NCBI GenBank assembly: GCA_041651315.1
Contig: JBAZJM010000004.1
Location: forward strand, 1,223-65,222
DNA from: Lentisphaeria bacterium
GTDB lineage: Bacteria; Verrucomicrobiota; Lentisphaeria; Oligosphaerales; CAITYL01
Direction: 5' to 3'
DNA length: 64,000 nt
Of the stretch, positions 9,542 to 19,683 are shown in pieces; position 1 is the first letter of the stretch; every line of letters starts with the position of its first letter. A model generated the notes under the pieces. That model saw only the letters and a program-made list of their open reading frames with translations. It did not search any database and was not told the origin of the DNA. The translations under genes and the position numbers were made by a program.

Positions 9542-9598
9542 CAGCCGACCCTTCCTCCTGTACCTTATGCCATAAGGTGGGACTGCGGGGAGGCTGAC

Positions 9599-12589
9599 AT
9601 GTGGCAAACCAGTGTGTTGCTCAGCCAACTGGATTTCGTCTACTTGACGTATGGGTTGGTTTTTTTGGTCCTGGCCACCGAATGCCTGTCCCGCCTCCGC
9701 TTGGAAGGCGCCTCCCTGCCCTGGGGCTGGCTGGGACTGTTCGGCCTGGTGCACGGCCTGCACGAATGGTTGGACGGCAACCTGATCTATCTCCCCGATT
9801 CCCTGCCGTTCCACCTGCTCCGCCTCCTTTTCCTTGCCGGGTCCTTCCTGTTGTTGGCTGAATTCGTCCGCCGCGGTTTCCTCCGCCACTTTCCAAACCG
9901 CGTTCCCGGCCCGTGGATTCTCGCCCTGCCCGTGCTGCTGACCGCCGCCGCCTTCCTGGCCACCCACAGCCTCAACACCTCCGTCGTCCGGCTGTGCCTG
10001 GGCGCACCGGTCGTGACCCTGGCGGCGCTGGTCTTCTTCCTGACCGCCCACCGCTTGAAGGAACAGCCCAAGGAACGTGTTCCCTTCCGCCTGGCCGGCC
10101 TGATGCTGCTGGGGTATGCGCTGGCGGTGTCCGTCCCCCAACCGTCCCCGCAAGAGGCGCTGGCCGGTTCTCTCCCAGACAACCAGGTCGCGTTCTGCAT
10201 CGGCATGCCGCTGGTGCGCGCCCTCTTGATTGCCATTTTGGCCATGCTGATCCGCGTCCATTTTTATAGCAGCCTGGTCTCCAACCGCGGCCTCACGGAT
10301 GCCTTGAGTTGGTCCCGCCGCTGGCCATGGTACATCCTCCTGGCTTTCATCCTCGCCCAAGGCTTCTATTTCACCAACCGTGCTTCCGCCGACCGCGACC
10401 AGGAAAAGCGTCACGACCGCATCCGTGAAACCTGTTTCATGGCCGCCAGCCTGGACACCGCCCACATCGCCGCGCTCACCGGCCGCCCGGCTGACGCGGG
10501 CACTCCGGCCTTCACCGCCGTCCGCAACCAGCTGCGCCAGTTTATCAGCGTCGATCCCCAAATCCGCTTCCTTTACCTGATGGCCCCCCAAAACAACCGC
10601 CTGGTCTTCCTGGTCGATGCCGAGCCGGAAACTTCGCCCGACTATTCGCCGCCCGGCCAGCCCTACACCAACGGCGACGAGAAGTATTGGCAGGTCCTGC
10701 GCCGGAATGAACCGCAGGCCTTCGGACCCTATGCCGACCCGTGGGGGCGCTGGGTCACCGCCTGCGTTCCCATTCGGACGGCCCCCGACAGCAAGGCTGT
10801 CGCCCTGCTGGGCATGGACATCGCGGCCAGCGACTGGGCCGGCGATATTGCCATGGTGCGCCGCCCCCGCCTCTACCTGACCATGGCGCTCGTCCTGGTG
10901 CCGCTGTCCGGCTTCCTCTTCGCCCACCGCCAGCGCGCCACCACCCGGATGCTGGACACCGAAATCCGGCGCTTCCAGACGGTGTTCGATGCCGTCAACG
11001 ACGCCATTACCATCCACGATTTCGATACCGGCGACATCCTTCAGGCCAACCGCCGGGCCTATGAGATGGCCGGCTACCAGCCGGGCGAAACCGCCGGCTT
11101 GGGCGCCCTGCCCTTCAGCGCCCAGCCGGAAGCCCCGTTCGACACCCAGGCCGCCGCCCAGCGCCTCAGCCAAGCCGCCGCCGGCCAGCCCCAACTGTTC
11201 GAATGGCGGGCCCGGCACCGCGACGGCCATGCCTTCTGGATCGAAGTCAGCCTGCAGCGCGTCACCTTCGGCCTCCGCCCCCGCCTCATGGCCGTGGTGC
11301 GTGACATCGATGCCCGCAAGCGCGCCGAAAGCGAACTGCGCAGGTCCCACGCCGAACTCGAAAGCCGGATTCAGGAACGCACCCTCGAACTGGCCCGTGC
11401 CAACGCCAGCCTTCAGGAGGACATCAACGGCCGCAAACGCGCCGAAAGCGCCCTCCGCGAAAGCGAATCGCGCTTCCGCGCCCTGGCCGAAGTCGACAGC
11501 TCCGCCATCATCATTTATCAGGACGACCGCTTCATCTACGCCAACCCTGGCGCGGAAAAGATCACCGGCTACTCCAGCAAAGAGCTGCTGGGCATGAACT
11601 GGTGGAGCATCGTCCATCCCGAGCACCGGGACATCGTGCGCCAGCGCGGCCAGGACCGGTTGTCCGGCAAAGTGCCGCAAAGCCATTACCCGGTCAAAAT
11701 CACCACCCGCTCGGGCGAGGAGCGCTGGCTCTTTGCCGGCGCCTGCCCGATCACCGCCGGCGGCCGCTCCGCCGTCGTCGTCACCTGCCTGGACATCACC
11801 GAGCTCCGCCGCCTGGAAACGGAGCGCGAACAGCTCAACGAACGGCTGGCCACCCACCGGCGCCTGGAAAGCCTCGGCGCCATGGCCGGCGGCATCGCCC
11901 ATGACTTCAACAACCTGCTGCTGGCCGTGCTGGGCAACGCCGAACTGGTGCAACGGGCACTCCCCCCGGGATCCCCCTTGCTGCGCCAGGTGCAGGACAT
12001 CCATACCGCCGGCCGCCGCGCCGCGGAAATCTCCGGGCGCATGCTCATCTACGCCGGCGGCGAGCTCTTCAACGGCCAAACCGTCGATCTCAGCGTCTTC
12101 CTCCGCGACACCCTGCCCGGCCTCGCCGCCAACGCCGGCACCGCCAATGAGTTCCGCCGTGAAATCCCCTCCCGGCTCCCCCCCATTTTGGGCGATCCGT
12201 CGATGATCCGCCAGATGCTCGTCAGCCTGCTGACCAACGCCGGCGAAGCCTTGGGCGACACCCCGGGCGAGGTCATCGTCCGCGCCGGCCATCTCACGCT
12301 TACCGAACAGGACGTCAACAGCCTGATGATCGGCAGCCAGTTCGCCCCGGGCCACGCCGTCTTCGTGCAGGTCGCCGATTCCGGCCCCGGCATGACCCCC
12401 GAGGTCCGCTCCCACCTGTTCGACCCCTTCTTCTCCACCAAATTTATCGGCCGCGGCCTCGGCCTGCCGGCCGTCTTCGGCATGATGCGCGCCCACCATG
12501 GCGCCATTCGCGTCGAAAGCGCCCCCGGCCAGGGCGCCACCGTCACCCTTTACTTCCCCTGCCAGGAACCGGCGCCGGCCACCGCCTGA
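9599..12589 (+). CDS. Membrane-bound PAS-domain sensor histidine kinase, with no adjacent response regulator
   Basis: 996 aa. N-terminal multi-TM region, two PAS-like segments, a coiled coil, an H-box (IAHDFNNLLLAVLGNAEL) and a HATPase_c domain (DSGPGM...GRGLGL). Confidence 0.85.
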   Translation: MWQTSVLLSQLDFVYLTYGLVFLVLATECLSRLRLEGASLPWGWLGLFGLVHGLHEWLDGNLIYLPDSLPFHLLRLLFLAGSFLLLAEFVRRGFLRHFPNRVPGPWILALPVLLTAAAFLATHSLNTSVVRLCLGAPVVTLAALVFFLTAHRLKEQPKERVPFRLAGLMLLGYALAVSVPQPSPQEALAGSLPDNQVAFCIGMPLVRALLIAILAMLIRVHFYSSLVSNRGLTDALSWSRRWPWYILLAFILAQGFYFTNRASADRDQEKRHDRIRETCFMAASLDTAHIAALTGRPADAGTPAFTAVRNQLRQFISVDPQIRFLYLMAPQNNRLVFLVDAEPETSPDYSPPGQPYTNGDEKYWQVLRRNEPQAFGPYADPWGRWVTACVPIRTAPDSKAVALLGMDIAASDWAGDIAMVRRPRLYLTMALVLVPLSGFLFAHRQRATTRMLDTEIRRFQTVFDAVNDAITIHDFDTGDILQANRRAYEMAGYQPGETAGLGALPFSAQPEAPFDTQAAAQRLSQAAAGQPQLFEWRARHRDGHAFWIEVSLQRVTFGLRPRLMAVVRDIDARKRAESELRRSHAELESRIQERTLELARANASLQEDINGRKRAESALRESESRFRALAEVDSSAIIIYQDDRFIYANPGAEKITGYSSKELLGMNWWSIVHPEHRDIVRQRGQDRLSGKVPQSHYPVKITTRSGEERWLFAGACPITAGGRSAVVVTCLDITELRRLETEREQLNERLATHRRLESLGAMAGGIAHDFNNLLLAVLGNAELVQRALPPGSPLLRQVQDIHTAGRRAAEISGRMLIYAGGELFNGQTVDLSVFLRDTLPGLAANAGTANEFRREIPSRLPPILGDPSMIRQMLVSLLTNAGEALGDTPGEVIVRAGHLTLTEQDVNSLMIGSQFAPGHAVFVQVADSGPGMTPEVRSHLFDPFFSTKFIGRGLGLPAVFGMMRAHHGAIRVESAPGQGATVTLYFPCQEPAPATA

Positions 12590-12609
12590 GAAGGCGCTAT
12601 GTTTCCAGC

Positions 12610-13524
12610 ATGCCTACGAATGGGAAACCGGTGGCGATGACGCCCAGCCTGTTCCGCTCCCTGGCGGCGGATCCGTTTTGGAACCTGGCGGTGGAGGCTT
12701 GGCTGCTGCAGCAGCTGCCGGCGGACACGGCCCGCCTCTTCCTGTATGTCAATGCCCCGACGGTTGTCTTGGGCTGCAACCAGAATCCGTGGCGGGAGAG
12801 CGATCCGGCCCGGCTGGCCCGCCACAACATCCACCTGGCCCGCCGCGCTTCCGGCGGCGGCGCCGTTTACCACGACCCCGGCAACCTCAATGTCAGCCTG
12901 CTCGTGCCGCGGTCCCGGCACCAGCCGGCCGTGCTGGAGGCGCTGCTGACCGACGCCCTGGCCGACCTCGGCCTGGCCGCCGCCGCCAACCCCCGCCACG
13001 GCCTTGAATGCGGGGGCCGCAAGGTCAGCGGCGGCGCCTTTCAGTTGACCCGGGATGCCGCGCTGCACCACGCCACCCTGCTGGTCGCCACCGATCTGGC
13101 GGCGCTGCAAGCCGCCCTGCAGCCGGCCGGCGTGGCCGCCCGCACCACCGGCCAGGCCGTGGCCTCCGTACGGGCCACCGTCGCCAACCTGGCCGCTTTT
13201 CGCCCCGGACTCACCCCCGCCGACGCCGCCGAGGCCATCATCCGCCGCTGGACCGGCGGCCCGGCCGGCGACGCCGAACCGCTCGCCCCCGGCCGGCCCT
13301 GGCCGCCCCCGGACGAGCTGGAGGCACGCCGGGCGGAGTTCGCTTCATGGGAATGGCGCTTCGGCCGCACCCCCGATTTCACGGTGCACGACTGGCAACC
13401 GGAAGCCGGCCGGCCACCGCTTACCGTGCGGGTGCACCAGGGGCGGATAACCGCGCCGCCCCCTCTGTCGGACTCCGTCCCCCCCCCGCCGGCAGACTGG
13501 CTCGGCCAGCCGTTCCCGGCGTAG
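12610..13524 (+). CDS. lplA: Lipoate-protein ligase A family protein
   Basis: RRASGGGAVYHDPGNLNVSL and GRKVSGGAF motifs of the BPL/LPL catalytic domain. Confidence 0.75.
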   Translation: MPTNGKPVAMTPSLFRSLAADPFWNLAVEAWLLQQLPADTARLFLYVNAPTVVLGCNQNPWRESDPARLARHNIHLARRASGGGAVYHDPGNLNVSLLVPRSRHQPAVLEALLTDALADLGLAAAANPRHGLECGGRKVSGGAFQLTRDAALHHATLLVATDLAALQAALQPAGVAARTTGQAVASVRATVANLAAFRPGLTPADAAEAIIRRWTGGPAGDAEPLAPGRPWPPPDELEARRAEFASWEWRFGRTPDFTVHDWQPEAGRPPLTVRVHQGRITAPPPLSDSVPPPPADWLGQPFPA

Positions 13525-13675
13525 CTCGTAGCTCGTAACTCGTGACCCGTGATTCGTGAAGCGGAAACGGTATCGACTGCGGCCTCACGAGTCACGCATC
13601 ACGAGTCACGCATCACGAGTCACGCATCACGAGTCACGCCTCACGAGTCACGCATCACGTTTCACGCATCACGTT
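13521..13675. repeat. Imperfect palindrome whose arms are heptad tandem repeats: left arm 6 x GTNNNTC, right arm 13 x TCACGNN (equivalent to 6.5 x 14 nt CACGAGTCACGCAT)
   Basis: Read directly from the sequence. The left arm is 13521-13561, the loop 13562-13584 and the right arm 13585-13675. It lies between the convergent lplA-like and alaA genes, and the first heptad contains the lplA stop codon. Confidence 0.9.
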
Positions 13676-13693
13676 CCCCCCGTCACCCCGGCC

Positions 13694-14911
13694 TCAGACC
13701 TGCTTGTAGGTCTTCAGGAAACGGGCCAGCCGCTTGAGCGCTTCGGTCAGCTCGTCCACCCGCGGCAGATAGACCACCCGGAAATGGTCCGGAGCCGGCC
13801 AGTTGAAGCCGGTGCCCTGGACCAGCAGCATTTTCTCCGCCTTGAGCAGGTCAAACACAAACTTCTGGTCGTCCTTGATCCGGAAATGCTTGGCGTCAAT
13901 CTTGGGGAACATGTAGAACGCCCCCTTCGGCTTGACGAACGACAGGTGCGGAATCTTCGACAGCAGGTCGCAGCAGACCTTGCGCTGCTCGTACAGCCGG
14001 CCGCCCGGCGCCACCAGGTCGTTGATGCTCTGGTAGCCGCCCAGGGCCGTCTGGATGATCGACTGGGCCGGCACGTTGCTGCACAACCGCATCGACGCCA
14101 GCAGGGTCAGCCCCTCAATGAAATCCTTGGCCTCGCTCTTGTCGCCGCTGACCACCATCCAGCCGGCGCGGAAGCCGGCCACCCGGTAGCTCTTGGACAG
14201 GCCGTTGAAGGTGATGAACAGCACGTCGTCCGCCAGCGAAGCCAGCGAGGTGTGGGTCACCCCGTCATAGACGATCTTGTCGTAAATCTCATCCGCCAGA
14301 ATGATCAGCTTGTGCTTGCGGGCGATCTCGATGATCTGCTCCAGCACCGCGACCGGATAGACCGCGCCGGTGGGGTTGTTGGGGTTGATCACCACGATGG
14401 CCCGCGTGTTGCCGGTGATCTTGCGTTCCATGTCCTTGAGGTCCGGCTGCCAGTCCGCCTGCTCGTCGCACAGGTAATGCACCGGCTTGCCGCCGGACAG
14501 GTTGACCGCCGCCGTCCACAACGGATAGTCCGGCGCCGGCACCAGCACCTCCACCCCGCTGTCGCACAGGCATTGCATCGACATCACAATCAGTTCGCTG
14601 ACCCCGTTGCCGGTGTAAATGTCGTCGATCCCCACCCCGGCAATGCGCTTCTGCTGGCAATACTGCATGATGGCCTTGCGCGCCGAGAACAACCCACGGG
14701 AATCGCTGTACCCCTGGGTGTTGGCCAGGTTCAGGATCATGTCATGGATGATCTCTTCCGGCGCAAACAGCCCGAACGGGGCCGGATTGCCGATGTTCAG
14801 CTTGATCACCGACAGTCCCTGGTCCTCCAGAGACTTGGCGTGTTCCAGCACCGGACCGCGGATGTCGTAAAGCACGTTGTCGAGCTTGCTGGATTTCTTG
14901 TAGCGGTTCAT
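13694..14911 (-). CDS. alaA: Alanine (glutamate-pyruvate) aminotransferase, AlaA type
   Basis: From MNRYKKSSKLDNVLYDIRGPVLEHAKSLEDQG to the end, the sequence aligns closely by eye with E. coli AlaA. It includes IGNPAPFG, PDYPLWTAAV, NPNNPTGAVY and the SKSYRVAGFR PLP-lysine motif. The ORF track start at 15094 is probably too far upstream. Confidence 0.9.
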   Translation of the reverse strand: MNRYKKSSKLDNVLYDIRGPVLEHAKSLEDQGLSVIKLNIGNPAPFGLFAPEEIIHDMILNLANTQGYSDSRGLFSARKAIMQYCQQKRIAGVGIDDIYTGNGVSELIVMSMQCLCDSGVEVLVPAPDYPLWTAAVNLSGGKPVHYLCDEQADWQPDLKDMERKITGNTRAIVVINPNNPTGAVYPVAVLEQIIEIARKHKLIILADEIYDKIVYDGVTHTSLASLADDVLFITFNGLSKSYRVAGFRAGWMVVSGDKSEAKDFIEGLTLLASMRLCSNVPAQSIIQTALGGYQSINDLVAPGGRLYEQRKVCCDLLSKIPHLSFVKPKGAFYMFPKIDAKHFRIKDDQKFVFDLLKAEKMLLVQGTGFNWPAPDHFRVVYLPRVDELTEALKRLARFLKTYKQV

Positions 14912-15022
14912 GGCGCCGGGCCCCCAAAAAGGTTGCGGACTCCGCACGCGCAGGCGTGCCGGAGCCGCGCATAATATAGTCAGCATCCGGTTTTTCCGAA
15001 CCGGGAACGCCGTGACGGACCG

Positions 15023-15387
15023 CCTGGAGTTTGGCAGAAACCATGCGCGCCAGCCGGTACCAGACTCCGAAGACAGCCGAAAGGCTGGACTCAAACACAG
15101 AGCGCCGGTCGTTTGAGTTCACGCTTTAGCGTGTCTGAACTGGGCGTAAGTACGGGGGGGGAGCTGCTTCGTCCCGTAGGGACTGAATGAAAATAGGCAG
15201 GGGCTTCAGCCCCTGTTCCGAAAAAATGAAACGATGGCGTGCCGTAGGTACGCCGCGATTCGCCGCGTACCTGACGGCACGCGAAATGGGATGGGTAACA
15301 ATACAGGGGCTGAAGCCCCTGCCTATTCCCGCCCCGTCCCGCTTGGGACGGGAAAACCGCAACCGTGAAGTTGTGCCAAACTCCAGG
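15023..15387. mobile_element. MITE-like nested palindromic element, copy 1 (365 bp, perfect 14-bp terminal inverted repeats CCTGGAGTTTGGCA / TGCCAAACTCCAGG)
   Basis: The TIRs are at 15023-15036 and 15374-15387. The core of about 210 bp is near-identical to 48600-48810. The internal hairpins CAGGGGCTTCAGCCCCTG and CAGGGGCTGAAGCCCCTG flank a 15-bp-stem hairpin (gtgccgtaggtacgc...gcgtacctgacggcac). Confidence 0.7.
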
Positions 15388-15435
15388 GGCGGCGCCAACG
15401 CCGCCGGCACTCCACCGGTACAGAACCGGCGGCGC

Positions 15436-15777
15436 TCAGCCGATGGCGGCGTTGCCGTCTTCGCCGGTGCGGATGCGGATGGTCCGTTCCAGGTCCAGCA
15501 CAAAGATCTTGCCGTCGCCGATGTTGCCGGTGCGGGCGCCGACGGTCACCGCCTCGATGGCCGCCTCCAGGAAATCATCGTTGACCGCGATCTCCAGCTT
15601 GATCTTCTTCAGCAGGCCGCCGCCTTCGCGGAAGCTCCGGTAGACCTCGGAAACCCCTTTCTGCCGGCCGTGCCCCACCACGTTGGACACGGTCACCAGA
15701 TGGATCTCCTTTTCCGTCAACCGCTCCAGAACGCTGTCCAGGCGGTCCGGCTGGATGATGGCAATGATGTATTTCAT
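15436..15777 (-). CDS. glnK: Nitrogen regulatory protein P-II
   Basis: 113 aa. MKYIIAIIQP..., T-loop GRQKGVSEVYR, immediately downstream of amtB. Confidence 0.9.
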   Translation of the reverse strand: MKYIIAIIQPDRLDSVLERLTEKEIHLVTVSNVVGHGRQKGVSEVYRSFREGGGLLKKIKLEIAVNDDFLEAAIEAVTVGARTGNIGDGKIFVLDLERTIRIRTGEDGNAAIG

Positions 15778-15794
15778 GGGCGCTCCTCAGGATT

Positions 15795-17162
15795 TCAATC
15801 GATGACAGTATAGCCTGCTTCCCGATGTTGTGTCAGGTCGAGGCCGATGCGCTCGTCCTGGGCGGACACCCGCAAGGTGAGGACAAAGTCAACGATCCGG
15901 AACAACAGGTAGGACATGACGAAGGAGTAGGCCATGGTGATGCCGACCGCCTTGACCTGGGCCAGCAACTGGGCCGGATTGCCGTGCAGCAGGCCGTTGA
16001 CGCCGTTGGGATTGACCGCCTGGGTGGCCCAGATGCCCACGGCCAGGGTGCCCCAGATGCCACCCACGCCATGAACGCCAAAGGCGTCGAGCGAGTCGTC
16101 ATACTGGTAGCGCGCCTTGAGCGCGGTCACCGAAAACCAGCAGATCAGCCCGGAACCGAGGCCGATCCAGGTGGCGCCGCCGACATCCACAAAACCGGCG
16201 CCCGGCGTGACGGCGGCCAGCCCGGCCACCGCGCCGGTGATCATGCCCAGGGTGGTGGGCTTGCCGAACTTGATCCAGTCGAGTGCCGACCACACCAGGC
16301 CGGCGACCGCGCCCGCCACATGGGTGACCAGGAAGGCATTCACCGCCACCCCGTCGCAGGCCAGCGCGCTGCCGGCATTGAAGCCGTACCAGCCGAACCA
16401 CAGCAGGCCGGCGCCCAGCACCGCCAGCGGCAGGTTGTGCGGCGGCGAGATGTTGTTGGGAAATCCCTGGCGTTTGCCCAGCACCAGCACCGCCGCCAGC
16501 GCCGCCATGCCGGCGTTGATGTGCACCACCGCGCCGCCGGCAAAGTCCACCGCGCCGAAACCGCCCTGCGTGCACAGGAAGCCGCCCGCCCCCCACAGCC
16601 AGTGGCAGACCGGGTTGTAGACCAGCAGCGCCCACAGCACGCTGAAGGCGCAGAAGGCGGCGAAGCGCATCCGCTCGGCGAAGGCGCCGATGATCAGCCC
16701 GGGGGTGATCACCGCGAACATCATCTGGAACAGCATGAACGCCTGGTGCGGCACCTTGGGCGCATAGGGGGCGGGGGTCATGCCGACCCCGTTGAGCCCC
16801 ACCCAGCCCAGGCCGCCGATCAGCCCCAGGCCGAAATCCGGGCTGAAGGCCAGGCTGTAGCCGCAGTAGACCCATTCCAGGCTGACCAGGCACAGGACGG
16901 CAAAACACTGCATCAGAATGGACAGGATGTTTTTCTTGCGCACCAGGCCGCCATAGAACAGGGCCAGCCCCGGCATCATCAGCATGACCAGCGCCGCCGA
17001 CAGCAGCACCCAGACCGTGTCGCCGGCAGTCACCGTGGAGGCGGCAGCCACCGGCTCCCCGCCCGCGACGGCGCCCGGCACCGCCAAAGCCGCCAGCCCC
17101 AAACCAAGCCAAGCCACCGGAGCGCCGCCGCGGCGGCGCCGGAAATCAGTGCTGCAGTCCAT
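15795..17162 (-). CDS. amtB: Ammonium transporter
   Basis: Amt signature VDFAGGAVVHINAGMAALAAVLVLGKR and multiple TM segments. The start is taken at ATG 17162 (MDCSTDF...); the ORF track start is 17303. Confidence 0.9.
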   Translation of the reverse strand: MDCSTDFRRRRGGAPVAWLGLGLAALAVPGAVAGGEPVAAASTVTAGDTVWVLLSAALVMLMMPGLALFYGGLVRKKNILSILMQCFAVLCLVSLEWVYCGYSLAFSPDFGLGLIGGLGWVGLNGVGMTPAPYAPKVPHQAFMLFQMMFAVITPGLIIGAFAERMRFAAFCAFSVLWALLVYNPVCHWLWGAGGFLCTQGGFGAVDFAGGAVVHINAGMAALAAVLVLGKRQGFPNNISPPHNLPLAVLGAGLLWFGWYGFNAGSALACDGVAVNAFLVTHVAGAVAGLVWSALDWIKFGKPTTLGMITGAVAGLAAVTPGAGFVDVGGATWIGLGSGLICWFSVTALKARYQYDDSLDAFGVHGVGGIWGTLAVGIWATQAVNPNGVNGLLHGNPAQLLAQVKAVGITMAYSFVMSYLLFRIVDFVLTLRVSAQDERIGLDLTQHREAGYTVID

Positions 17163-17419
17163 GTCTGTGCCGACCCTCTCGCCGGCCGGCACGCCGCCCG
17201 TTGCCGCAGCCACCCGCCGCGGCCCGCGAAGCATGCACCGGCCGCCTCGGCTGTAAACAAACCCCGGGCCAAGGTCGTCGACAAAAGGCACTACCCAATG
17301 CAATCAAAATGGATCCACAGAAAAACGCGGGCCGGCTCGGCGGCCCGCCAACGGTTCAAAAATGTGCCAGCCGCGCCGAAACCGGCGTCCGGACGGCAAC
17401 AAAAATGCACCGGCGCCCC

Positions 17420-19096
<1,677 letters not shown>

Positions 19097-19231
19097 GGCG
19101 CGTTTTTCCTCAAACAGCAGTGTCGGCCGCCAGGCACGGCGGCCGGAAGTCTCGGGTTCCCATTCGGCCCGGTACTATAAAGCGGCGTCCCGAAAGCGCC
19201 GGCCGCCCTGGCACGGCAGCGCCCGGGCAGG

Positions 19232-19256
19232 CCGGAAACACGCCGTTTCCGGTTTT
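19232..19256 (+). terminator. Intrinsic-terminator-like hairpin on the + strand with no annotated + strand gene upstream
   Basis: CCGGAAAC-acgcc-GTTTCCGG followed by TTTT (8-bp perfect stem, 5-nt loop). Confidence 0.35.
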
Positions 19257-19332
19257 GACACCCGCCCCCTCCCCCTCGCAAGGCAAACCTTTTACCGGTC
19301 AAAGCTCCAAATGCGCGCCGCCGCGGCGGGAA

Positions 19333-19507
19333 AATGGGACGTATGGGACACATGGAACCTATGGGATCCGTGGGGCGCAGAGGACCGGCGGCGCGGACAC
19401 CAACCCCTGACCTTCGGTACCCTATACCTTTCCTGTGTGCATTTGCGGAAGTCGGACCTTCGGTACCCGTCCCTATGCGCTTCCCTATGCGCTCGTCCCT
19501 ATGCGCT
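19333..19507. repeat. Composite intergenic repeat: 5 degenerate 9-mers (TATGGGACN), a 14-bp direct repeat gaccttcggtaccc x2, and 3 x (G)TCCCTATGCGC
   Basis: Read directly. The left array is 19333-19377, the direct repeats are at 19409-19422 and 19455-19468, and the right array is 19467-19507. Confidence 0.8.
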
Positions 19508-19683
19508 CCGGGGCCGGGCGGCTCGTGCGCCAGTGGGCGCACTCATGCAAGGATGATTTCCGGGGGGCGGTGGACGATTGCCTCGCCCTTTGCCGGAAAG
19601 TCGGCAAGCACCCCGACAAGCCGTTCAGCGGCACCTTTAATGCCCGCGTCGGCCCCGAACTGCACGCCGCATGAAGGCGCCGG

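Noticed and set aside
8384-12499. A very long ORF (1371 aa) on the minus strand
   Set aside because: It lies antisense to two genes with clear domain content, the TPR membrane protein and the PAS histidine kinase. Its translation is Gly/Ala/Gln/Val-rich low-complexity sequence with no motif. Stop-poor antisense frames are expected in DNA this GC-rich.
13549-13737. ORFs with HESRITSHASRVT-type repeats (also 2740..3078)
   Set aside because: They are translations of the heptad/14-nt tandem arrays in intergenic DNA between convergent genes, not plausible proteins.
15126-15813. ORFs 15126..15503 (-) and 15187..15813 (+), and the analogous 48544..48756, 48660..48851 and 48687..48995
   Set aside because: They run through the MITE-like palindromic element. 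The similar peptides on both strands (for example RGFSPC…AVRYAANRGVPTARH) are a by-product of the palindrome. 15187..15813 also overlaps glnK antisense.
17353-17370. A sigma54-type promoter upstream of amtB (minus strand cTGGCACatttttgaacc)
   Set aside because: The -24 element matches, but the -12 element reads TTGAA instead of TTGC(A/T). A single partial match is not enough, and no NtrC-like sites were recognised.
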